Positions 1 to 7,276 of a DNA stretch of 39,362 nt are shown piece after piece (within the stretch, counting starts at the first letter, position 1; each line of letters begins with the position of its first letter). The DNA lies in IMG/VR virus record IMGVR_UViG_3300030376_000954, positions 1 to 39,362 of that record. One strand, written 5' to 3'. The translations under genes and the position numbers were made by a program. This stretch comes from a virus. Its lineage: Duplodnaviria; Caudoviricetes. The notes under the pieces are model-generated. The model saw only the letters and a list, made by a program, of their open reading frames with translations, was not told the origin of the DNA and ran no database searches.

Positions 1-123
1 CTGCCTCGTGACACGGGGTCTTGAGGCAGGGACAGGTTCCACTGGTATCCAGACAAGATAGGAGCCGTCTGGACGAGAAAGAAAGGATACTTGGTTAGAA
101 GGGGACGTCATCATCGGCAACAT
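1..123 (-). CDS. rusA: 5' fragment of RusA-family resolvase (allele A, truncated by window edge)
   Basis: ATG at 123 after GGAG reads MLPMMTSPSNQVSFLSRPDGSYLVWIPVEPVPASRPRVTRQ; same frame and position as the complete copy at 38333..38803. Confidence 0.75.
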   Translation of the reverse strand, partial: MLPMMTSPSNQVSFLSRPDGSYLVWIPVEPVPASRPRVTRQ

Positions 124-682
124 GCGGGATCTCCGTGGTTGCCGAATCATAACCTTCTTCTGTTGAGAAGCCGTGAGCCGAAGCATCACCAGTCTTGCCG
201 GTGAACTCCACAAGGTCGATTACTTGCACAGCCTTGAGTCGGAGTGAGACACCGAGGCCAGCCAATGCAGTGTGGTAGGGGACGATCTCGCAGGACACTT
301 TGATCTTGCTGCCGCCGCCAATGTTCTCGCTGCCGTTGAAAGGCTTTGCCTTGGCATCGAAGATGGCTGGCTTTTGGTCCCAAGTCTCGGAACCTTTGCC
401 ACCCTTGGCTTTCAGTTTGAACTTGACGATTCGCTTGGTTGCATCTTCGTCGTGTTCGGTGATTGGGTTTGCACCTTCTTTGAACTTGGTGTTGGGCTTT
501 TGAGATCGGATCTCGTCAGCCAACTCGTTCTTGGCGTTTTCAATCATGCCTTCCAACTCTTCGACATCATCAACATCGAGAATCAGTTGGGTGGTGTAAA
601 CGCCGTCTTCGTCGAACTTGGTGTCCGGTTCAGACAGGTGCGGGTAACGGGCAATGCCCACGCTAGTTGTGTACTTGGTAAG
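1..682. repeat. Divergent terminal duplication, copy A (partner 38681..39362)
   Basis: Bases 1-77 identical to 38681-38757; the rest is colinear at constant offset 38680 with many substitutions. Confidence 0.95.
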
Positions 683-694
683 AGTACGTCTCAT
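95..694 (-). CDS. ssb: T7 gp2.5-like single-stranded DNA-binding protein (allele A)
   Basis: ARYPHLSEPDTKF, IGGGSKIKV and GVSLRLKAVQVIDLVE motifs; acidic tail ending DDDVPF; directly downstream of RNAP; AAGGA RBS. Confidence 0.93.
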   Translation of the reverse strand: MRRTLTKYTTSVGIARYPHLSEPDTKFDEDGVYTTQLILDVDDVEELEGMIENAKNELADEIRSQKPNTKFKEGANPITEHDEDATKRIVKFKLKAKGGKGSETWDQKPAIFDAKAKPFNGSENIGGGSKIKVSCEIVPYHTALAGLGVSLRLKAVQVIDLVEFTGKTGDASAHGFSTEEGYDSATTEIPHVADDDVPF

Positions 695-706
695 AAGGGA
701 ATCCTT

Positions 707-3100
707 TCAATTCCAGTAGTAAGGTGAGTCCAACACCTTGGTGATATCCAAGTCCCCACGTTGGGGAGCGGAAGGTAAGTGTACACCAGATGGCAACATG
801 GTCAAGAACATTTGTTCGATTTTTCCAAGCATGTCATCTTCAAAGATTTCGACGGTGGCTTCACGCACCGCTTCGTTGAACAGGTCACAGTCAGTAGCAA
901 GAACAGAAGCAGAGTCGTGAACACCAAAGATGTTGTTTACTCCTCTCTCCAAACACTTCAACACTGTCAAGCCGAGGATGCCACCAACGCCGTCCAAAGA
1001 GTGAACAAGGTTTGCACAAATGCCGTTGATTGTCTTCCGCTTACTTGTTTCTCCATTCTCAACATTGATGCGGTGTCTTCTGACATTCCCAGCCACAATA
1101 GTTTTGACTGTCTGTGAGTCATAGTTTTCGTACCTCATCTTGACGGGAAAGCCAAGGGGAGTAACCCAGCGAGGAGTGACGTCATGCTCAAGGAGAACTT
1201 TGGTGCAATCTCTAAGCCACTCCATGCAGGTATGAGCAGCACCAACAATTTCGTTGATGGCTTCCCAAATCAAAGCCGACAAAAAGTTGCACGGAGCGTA
1301 CGTCTCTTCATCAAAGGGATTGTCTCTTCCTGCTTTCAACTCTTTGTAGAACCACTCTGCGGTGTAAGACTGACAGGAGTAGAAGGTAGATCCGTAGCAC
1401 AGAGTCATTGTTTGTCTCTTTGTGCATGTACGAGTGATCCCAAACTCAAGCCATTTCTTTGCGTATGAGTCAGAACTCTCTTGGAGTTTCTGAATAACAC
1501 GATCCGCGACCAACTGATAAGTATCAGATGGCTCGCTGTCCGGCAGGACGTTTGTAGACAAGGCAGACACTGGGTCTTTAAGCAGCATTGCGTAAATCTG
1601 CAATCCTTGTGTTGTCGCATCAAGTGCGACGGGCAGCGTAGTGCGGAATGAAGATCCTTGCAAGTGCAATTCTGAAATTTCGTGACAAGCCGCAACAAAC
1701 CCGAATGGATCGTCCGCTTTTGTCCAATCCATATTTGATGTCGGTTCTGCTCCAACCGCTTTGATCATCTCGATATTGGCTTCAGTCCACCTGTATCGGT
1801 CAGTAAAGGTTTTTTTATCCATGCCCCACTTGTTAGCAGCATTGATGTAGAGCCATCTAACACCCGAATCGTTGATTTTAGCCCCGTCCTCAAACCTCAG
1901 AGTCGCCTTCGTCCACGACGGGCCTTGTGGTTGCCAATAGTGGGGTATGTAGTACCAGCGGCCCCGGAAGTCCAGATTGCCGGGAAAGTACACCCGATCA
2001 TCTTTGAACCGCGACATGACTTGCACGGTCTTCATTACCTGTAATCGTTTGGATTTTTGCCGCTCGTTTTCAAAGTGGATACGGGCAGCATCCTTTCTCC
2101 ATTTCCTTCTCGACTCTTTATTCGTGTCGATGTCTAGCGGTTTGTTTGGGATTTGGTGATCTTCCATTGAGGGCAATCCACCAACCGGAAGGGCTTTGTC
2201 CCACGCCCACTCCAAGGTCGCAGCGACCGACGAGTGATAGCGAACCGGCACTCTCTGTAGGGTGTTCACCGCACGGTAAACATTGTCCATCTCAGTTACC
2301 GAAAGTTCTTCAAGATACGCAGCATCTTGCGTCTTGACGAGTGGTCGGTGTCTGATGTTGATGGAGGCGTAACCGCCGATGAACGGGTTGTTCCAGTCGA
2401 GAGGGCGTTCGACGGAAGGCAACCATACAGGGAACATTATACTCGCTTCTTCGTGCCCGTCACGCATCCATTTCAAGATTTCATCAGTGGGTCGAATGTA
2501 AGTGTACGACTTACCGCGAGCGTCCTTGCGAGTCACGATCTTGATGATGCCGGTGTGTTGCTGCATCAGTTCAATCAACGTGAGGCCGACAGCGACCGCT
2601 TCTTTCTTGTCCCAGCGACTGATCCCCATGTCGTGGTACTTGAGAGTGTTGGTGATGAATTTACTTTTGGTTTTCTGGGATTTGTGCCGGTCAATGACTC
2701 GGTGCATCTGCTTCCAGAGAGCAGGTTCATTCTCAGCGACCGCTCGGAAGATTAATTCATCTTCTAGTAATCGTGCGATGGCAGCAGCCGTGGGAGTAAT
2801 TTTTTTCTCCATGCTGATTGAGTCCAACAGCGACCGCGAAGTGATAGTGGCAACAACGCCAGCAGGAAGCATTTCAATGTAGGGAGCAGCACGATGTCTA
2901 CGACCCGGCTTCGAGCGAGTGGTGGACAGCCAGAACTCAATACCCTTTTCCAATTCGACAACAGCCCCGCTCAACAGTTGCCTGCCGACGGGGGTAGTGG
3001 TTTCCATTTTGGTTTCTTTGGCTCGCTTGACCTTGTGGTTGTAGCGTTCCTGACCAAGGCGGATCATCTCCTGCTCAAGTTTTTGCTGGGACTTGCTCAC
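707..3100 (-). CDS. T7-like single-subunit DNA-directed RNA polymerase
   Basis: LDFRGRWY, LDATTQGLQ (motif A), RTCTKRQTMTLCYGS (motif B), NLVHSLDG, VHDS (motif C), SPYYWN end. Start set at GTG 3100 because the ORF-track extension to 3187 runs through a terminator; ATG 3067 is an alternative. Confidence 0.96.
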   Translation of the reverse strand: MSKSQQKLEQEMIRLGQERYNHKVKRAKETKMETTTPVGRQLLSGAVVELEKGIEFWLSTTRSKPGRRHRAAPYIEMLPAGVVATITSRSLLDSISMEKKITPTAAAIARLLEDELIFRAVAENEPALWKQMHRVIDRHKSQKTKSKFITNTLKYHDMGISRWDKKEAVAVGLTLIELMQQHTGIIKIVTRKDARGKSYTYIRPTDEILKWMRDGHEEASIMFPVWLPSVERPLDWNNPFIGGYASINIRHRPLVKTQDAAYLEELSVTEMDNVYRAVNTLQRVPVRYHSSVAATLEWAWDKALPVGGLPSMEDHQIPNKPLDIDTNKESRRKWRKDAARIHFENERQKSKRLQVMKTVQVMSRFKDDRVYFPGNLDFRGRWYYIPHYWQPQGPSWTKATLRFEDGAKINDSGVRWLYINAANKWGMDKKTFTDRYRWTEANIEMIKAVGAEPTSNMDWTKADDPFGFVAACHEISELHLQGSSFRTTLPVALDATTQGLQIYAMLLKDPVSALSTNVLPDSEPSDTYQLVADRVIQKLQESSDSYAKKWLEFGITRTCTKRQTMTLCYGSTFYSCQSYTAEWFYKELKAGRDNPFDEETYAPCNFLSALIWEAINEIVGAAHTCMEWLRDCTKVLLEHDVTPRWVTPLGFPVKMRYENYDSQTVKTIVAGNVRRHRINVENGETSKRKTINGICANLVHSLDGVGGILGLTVLKCLERGVNNIFGVHDSASVLATDCDLFNEAVREATVEIFEDDMLGKIEQMFLTMLPSGVHLPSAPQRGDLDITKVLDSPYYWN

Positions 3101-3106
3101 GCTCCG

Positions 3107-3135
3107 AGTGTACCAAAAAAACTGGGACGTCCCAG
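3107..3135 (-). promoter_or_regulatory. Putative extended -10 host promoter for the RNAP gene, with a palindrome copy over the -35 position
   Basis: Minus strand TGG-TACACT (3115-3107), 6 nt before GTG 3100; at 17-nt spacing the -35 position falls in CTGGGACGTCCCAG (3122-3135). Confidence 0.5.
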
Positions 3136-3147
3136 AAACCATGAGCG

Positions 3148-3186
3148 CAAAAAAACCCCCCGCAGGCCGAAGCCTACGAGGGGTCA
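3148..3186 (-). terminator. Rho-independent terminator ending the early operon upstream of the RNAP gene
   Basis: Minus strand ACCCCTCGTAGGC-TTCG-GCCTGCGGGGGGT followed by a T tract; cUUCGg tetraloop. Confidence 0.85.
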
Positions 3187-3214
3187 CAAGGAGGAATCTG
3201 GGACGTCCCAGATT

Positions 3215-3562
3215 TTACTCTGGATTGAGTGAGATTGTCACGGCAGATCGCGTTTCAATCCAAACTTTTGCACCGCAGTTGAGCGGCTTGTCTGGTTGGT
3301 ACGTAACGGAGGTCACACCGTGAATGTCAGCCGACCAGCCCTTGTGATTCCCGTCAGAAGTCTTGACAGTGATCGGGGGCTTACGGTCCTCATTCTTTGA
3401 GTTGGCACGGATGACATGCTGGTTGATATGGATGCGTTTGAGTTTGCCCTCGGGCAGAATCAACTCAGCCTTGTCGCTGGAGATTGCAACATGGTCGAAG
3501 TCGAAGAGTTCGCCTTGGACCGTCTCACACTCTTTGTTGTAGATGCGTTCGTAATCACTCAT
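3215..3562 (-). CDS. Conserved hypothetical phage protein
   Basis: RIHINQHVIR...PPITVK...YQPDKPLNCGAKVWIET resembles a family I recall from marine phages; start MSDYER overlaps the upstream stop, GAGGA RBS. Confidence 0.75.
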   Translation of the reverse strand: MSDYERIYNKECETVQGELFDFDHVAISSDKAELILPEGKLKRIHINQHVIRANSKNEDRKPPITVKTSDGNHKGWSADIHGVTSVTYQPDKPLNCGAKVWIETRSAVTISLNPE

Positions 3563-3815
3563 CGTCAGGGTCCTCTCTGCCTGTCTCGGCATCGTGTCGC
3601 ATGCACTCAGTATGCTCCTCCTCCAAGTCCTCGTGGTATGCGATCACTTGATCCACGCGACTTTTGAGTTGGGGCAGTTGCTGTGCCGTGAGGAGTAGGT
3701 AGACGTTATTGAACATACGCTTTGACTGTGAACGTGCGATCTCAAGCGTGCATTGTCCTATGCGTTCGAAGCCAGTGTCCGTGTACGCATACCAATCATT
3801 TCGTGGCAACCTCAT
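3555..3815 (-). CDS. Hypothetical early protein
   Basis: AAGGAGGT RBS before ATG 3815; ATGA overlap with the upstream gene. Confidence 0.7.
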   Translation of the reverse strand: MRLPRNDWYAYTDTGFERIGQCTLEIARSQSKRMFNNVYLLLTAQQLPQLKSRVDQVIAYHEDLEEEHTECMRHDAETGREDPDDE

Positions 3816-4285
3816 AGGGTGACCTCCTTTAGAAGTAATTCCATACATTCGTCGTAGTCAACCATCGACAGTTCGTTTCCATGATGGTTGCAGATGTCGA
3901 AATCTGTCCACGGCAGGTCGTGAACCGACCCCCCACTGTTAGTCCACCACGACAGGGATTCACCGACGTACCGCACAAAGCACCAGCCGTGAATACGCAG
4001 TGCCTGTTCTGGTGAGTCGAACAGACCATGCTTGGCACTTACGACACGCTGAAGCAATTGCTTCATCTCAGGATCGTCGTTGATCCACTTGCCCACGGAT
4101 TTGCTGATGGCCTTGGTGAAGTCAGTCATGGCCTCGCCGTAGCCTTCACAACCGCTCGCCTCTTGCCACGGCTTGCAGTCAAAGTTTTTCTCGTGCCAAT
4201 CAACACACTCGTACCGTTTGCCGATCTTTTGGTCGATCATGCCATGAATGCGATCGTTGGCTGCTCTTGCTAGTTCTCTAGACAT
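3812..4285 (-). CDS. Hypothetical early protein
   Basis: 157-aa ORF, AAGGAG RBS, operon packing. Confidence 0.75.
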   Translation of the reverse strand: MSRELARAANDRIHGMIDQKIGKRYECVDWHEKNFDCKPWQEASGCEGYGEAMTDFTKAISKSVGKWINDDPEMKQLLQRVVSAKHGLFDSPEQALRIHGWCFVRYVGESLSWWTNSGGSVHDLPWTDFDICNHHGNELSMVDYDECMELLLKEVTL

Positions 4286-4305
4286 TTTTTACTCCTTGTT
4301 GGCCC

Positions 4306-4339
4306 ACCACCCCCAGCCCATCTCAAACTGGAGGGTGGC
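4306..4339 (-). other. Intergenic GC-rich hairpin without U tract (possible RNase III or mRNA-stability element)
   Basis: GCCACCCTCCAG...CTGGGGGTGGT arms between the 4349 palindrome and the next RBS. Confidence 0.45.
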
Positions 4340-4365
4340 AGACCAAAATCTGGGACGTCCCAGAA

Positions 4366-5220
4366 TCAGAACTCAGACGCTGACAACTCTTGATCGAGTG
4401 CCGGTGCATTGAAGCGATCATTGAGGATCTTGTCGAGCCGCCCGAAGCGGGACGCTTGCGTGATCACGTTGCGACCACGGTCGTTGGAGGTGAAGGCGTT
4501 GTAGAGCGAGTCTACGTTGCGCTCACGGAACTCTGGATGCTCTGGAGTCTCCCAGTGTCCGAGGACACGCATCGTCGCCGCAGCACCGATGACACCCTCA
4601 CGAGCAGCCTCCATGATGCAGTGCTTGGCATCGTCATTGCCGCACTCCATGTTCTTCATCCATTCCACCCGCCGCACACGATCCTGAGCCACTACTGGAA
4701 TGCCGCTGATGCAGGAATCGAGCATGTTGAACAGGGACTCGAAGCCATCGTCCTCAGAACCGAGGCCACGCATGTGCTTCTTGGACACCTTGCCTGCGAC
4801 CTTGCCCAGAGTCATACCGTTGGAGCAGACTTGGACACGCTCGCCCAACGCACCGCCAGCCCGTGTGGACATGTCGTATGAGTTGGTCAAGGCAAACTCC
4901 CACCAACGGTCGCCCGTGTCCGGCAGGTCAGGCCGAGAGATCCCGTACAAAGACAGGAACCTCCCGTACTTCTTGTGATCCTTGATCTTGGGGTTCCTGA
5001 CCGGAGCAGCCGCATAGTGGACTGGCTCGGACAGGCTGAACCCGTGGTTCTCAAGGATCCGCGTAGCCATGTCCACAAACGTGCCATGAGGCAGGATGCG
5101 GTATGTGTGCGGATACTGGGTGGGAGTGGGAAGGTTTTGGATGGTCTTGTCATCCACGATGTCACCCCAGTTGCCGGGATCGAACGGGGTGGGTTTGGGT
5201 GGGTCACTGATTGTTGGCAT
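4366..5220 (-). CDS. DUF932-like (phage/plasmid TIGR03299-type) protein
   Basis: LTNSYDMS...GERVQVCSNGM...KKH and DSLYNAFT motifs; AGGAGG RBS before ATG 5220. Confidence 0.75.
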   Translation of the reverse strand: MPTISDPPKPTPFDPGNWGDIVDDKTIQNLPTPTQYPHTYRILPHGTFVDMATRILENHGFSLSEPVHYAAAPVRNPKIKDHKKYGRFLSLYGISRPDLPDTGDRWWEFALTNSYDMSTRAGGALGERVQVCSNGMTLGKVAGKVSKKHMRGLGSEDDGFESLFNMLDSCISGIPVVAQDRVRRVEWMKNMECGNDDAKHCIMEAAREGVIGAAATMRVLGHWETPEHPEFRERNVDSLYNAFTSNDRGRNVITQASRFGRLDKILNDRFNAPALDQELSASEF

Positions 5221-5560
5221 TTTGGTAAGCCTCCTGTGCTTGCTTGTATCTGGCTTGAGGAACAGAGTTGAACATATTGGGGTTGGTGATGTCAGCATTG
5301 GTGATCTCGATACCACGAGTCTGGGACGTCCCAGAATTGCCAACCACAGCGTTGAGTTCGGCGATCTTGCGTTCACGCAACTTGCGGATCTCGGCGTTGA
5401 GGCCAACGGTCACGATGCGACGGAGAATCTCAGACTTGTTGGTCTTGAGCATGGAACCGTTGGACAGGTTCTCGTGATTGAGTTCCCGCACCAAGTACTC
5501 GATGTCCTGACACATCTTGATGGGTGCTTGAAAAGAAAGGGATTGTTGGTTGTTAGGCAT
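5204..5560 (-). CDS. Putative ribbon-helix-helix DNA-binding protein
   Basis: QQSLSFQAP (strand), IKMCQDIEYLVREL (helix A), NKSEILRRIVTVGL (helix B) match the CopG/Arc pattern; GAGG RBS. Confidence 0.6.
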   Translation of the reverse strand: MPNNQQSLSFQAPIKMCQDIEYLVRELNHENLSNGSMLKTNKSEILRRIVTVGLNAEIRKLRERKIAELNAVVGNSGTSQTRGIEITNADITNPNMFNSVPQARYKQAQEAYQNANNQ

Positions 5561-5879
5561 GGGAAGCCTCACTTTCTGCAAGGATTTTCTCTGCCTTGCT
5601 GATTTGCTCGCCCTTGATGTCGGCAACCTTTTGAGCCAAGGCCAAGCCGAATTGGGCGATGTCGGAAAGAGTCAGGCCGGATTGGCCCTCCTCGTCAGTG
5701 CGATTGTCGTACCAGATGGTCAGACGCTTGGGATACATGGCATGGATGTTGTGTGCCTCAAGAGTGATGTATCCGAACTCTTTGAATGGCTTGCCAAAGA
5801 TTGAGTGATCCTTGACAGACAGGGAATGCACCCCATCGAGAGTCATGTTGAACGAGAACTGCTGATCGATTGCAGACAT
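5553..5879 (-). CDS. Hypothetical early protein
   Basis: 108-aa ORF with GGAGGAGG RBS; overlaps the next gene. Confidence 0.75.
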   Translation of the reverse strand: MSAIDQQFSFNMTLDGVHSLSVKDHSIFGKPFKEFGYITLEAHNIHAMYPKRLTIWYDNRTDEEGQSGLTLSDIAQFGLALAQKVADIKGEQISKAEKILAESEASHA

Positions 5880-6012
5880 TGGATTTCCTCCTCCGACATC
5901 ATGTCGGAATTGTTTTTTAGTAAGTATCTGGCCCGCCGTATCGCAGCGTTGCGTACTTCAGGACGAGCCTTTTTGGAACCGAGAATCAGGACAAGCGTCC
6001 CAATTCGATTCG

Positions 6013-6750
6013 TCAAACGGAATGTACTTGGCTCAATGGCTCACCTCCTTGAAAGGCACTAGCCCCCACACCGTGAACTGTGATCTGAACGTGGGGGACC
6101 CGCACAGATCGTTCGGACATGTTGCCTTGGCACAGGTGACACTGGTCACAGGTCGTACGCTTGCCACCCTCGTCGGATGCAGGACAAACGATCTGGCCTT
6201 TCTGGGACGTCCCAGATTTGTTGACCCTGAAGCATCGGTATCCGATTGACTCAGCAATGGCTTGCTCCTCGTCGCACTCGACTGAAGCCATGCAGAGATC
6301 AGCGAAGCCGGGATCACACCACTGCCATTGATGCGTATATCCGGTCCACTGCTTTGCATTATCGCATAATCGTTTGCACAAGTCAAGAGGCAACATGGCA
6401 GGATCACCGTAAGAGCCAAGACGAAATGAACGACCACTGAGGCGACGAAGGGCCAGCGACAGATCCTTCTCGTACTTGCCCTTCTGGTATGCCTTGTACA
6501 CGCCGTTGGGGCCGAGCAGATTGACATAGCAGGAACGCTTGCCCGTGGTGAGATCACGGCGATGCACACAGTCACCGCAGATGCTGGAATCTTCCCCATT
6601 GCGAGTAGCAGATATGGGATCAATGTCTTGGCGAAGAATCCATGACTGAATCATTTGGCCCGTCTTGGGATTCTTTGTGCCGGTAAAGCCGGTCAGGATG
6701 CAGACGATGGGCTTGCCGTCAATGGCGGATGGACCCTCGTAGACGATCAC
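6013..6750 (-). CDS. Cys-rich conserved phage protein (Gp88/DUF7227-like, probable metal or Fe-S binding)
   Basis: YEGPSAIDG, NPKTG, ICGDC, CYV, RLGSYGDP, TGYTHQW, MASVE and CPA...CDQCHLC motifs; GTG 6750 overlaps the upstream TGA. Confidence 0.7.
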   Translation of the reverse strand: MIVYEGPSAIDGKPIVCILTGFTGTKNPKTGQMIQSWILRQDIDPISATRNGEDSSICGDCVHRRDLTTGKRSCYVNLLGPNGVYKAYQKGKYEKDLSLALRRLSGRSFRLGSYGDPAMLPLDLCKRLCDNAKQWTGYTHQWQWCDPGFADLCMASVECDEEQAIAESIGYRCFRVNKSGTSQKGQIVCPASDEGGKRTTCDQCHLCQGNMSERSVRVPHVQITVHGVGASAFQGGEPLSQVHSV

Positions 6751-6983
6751 AGGAACCGCCCCACTGCGTAGATGATGAGCCAAGTCACCACACCGCCAGA
6801 CAGGAACCCAAGCAAGTAGAGCAGCCACTCGCCCGTACCGTCGTACCACTTGGACTTGTCGTTGAGGTAGCCACCAGCGACTAGTGGCGGTTGATTCTGG
6901 GACGTCCCAGATTTGTAGTCATCAGGGAGAAGGTCGAAAGCGATTTGCTCGCCAGTAGGCAATTTGCCATCAGAATAAGACAT
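6747..6983 (-). CDS. Small membrane protein with C-terminal transmembrane helix
   Basis: AAGGAG RBS before ATG 6983; hydrophobic segment WLLYLLGFLSGGVVTWLIIYAVG. Confidence 0.75.
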   Translation of the reverse strand: MSYSDGKLPTGEQIAFDLLPDDYKSGTSQNQPPLVAGGYLNDKSKWYDGTGEWLLYLLGFLSGGVVTWLIIYAVGRFL

Positions 6984-7020
6984 AAGAAAACTCCTTGTAC
7001 GGCACAAATACCGATGCACT

Positions 7021-7049
7021 AGTTTAACAGATTTGGCAGCGTAAGTCAA
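7021..7049 (-). promoter_or_regulatory. Sigma70-type early promoter
   Basis: TTGACT-17 nt-TAAACT upstream of the 6983 RBS. Confidence 0.8.
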
Positions 7050-7221
7050 GCAAATACTAAGTTCATAGCCTGACCGAGCGACCGCAAGCGACCGACCTAT
7101 CTATCACAACCCGCACGATTTCTGGGACGTCCCAATGTTGAGGCCACATGCCGCGAGCGACCGGGGCTATCGCATCCCTCCTCGCTCCGCTCGTCGGGGC
7201 TGTCACGCCAAAAAATTTGGC

Positions 7222-7248
7222 AAAAAAATAACCCCGCCGAAGCGGGGC
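7222..7248 (-). terminator. Rho-independent terminator of the first early gene
   Basis: GCCCCGC-TTCG-GCGGGGT followed by TATTTTTTT. Confidence 0.88.
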
Positions 7249-7276
7249 ATTTGTGTTCTGGGACGTCCCAGATTGT

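Noticed and set aside
708-738. Third phage-promoter copy upstream of ssb (GGACTCACCTTACTACTGGA)
   Set aside because: Needs gaps to align with the consensus and lacks the TAATA element
3101-3187. N-terminal extension of RNAP given by the ORF track
   Set aside because: It runs through a terminator hairpin and a palindrome. Similar over-extended starts (5406, 5626, 6849, 8059, 11892, 34621, 36890, 39010) were trimmed to RBS- or overlap-supported starts
6033-6623. 196-aa alternative-frame ORF inside the Cys-rich gene
   Set aside because: Fully overlaps a gene with conserved motifs; no RBS or family pattern
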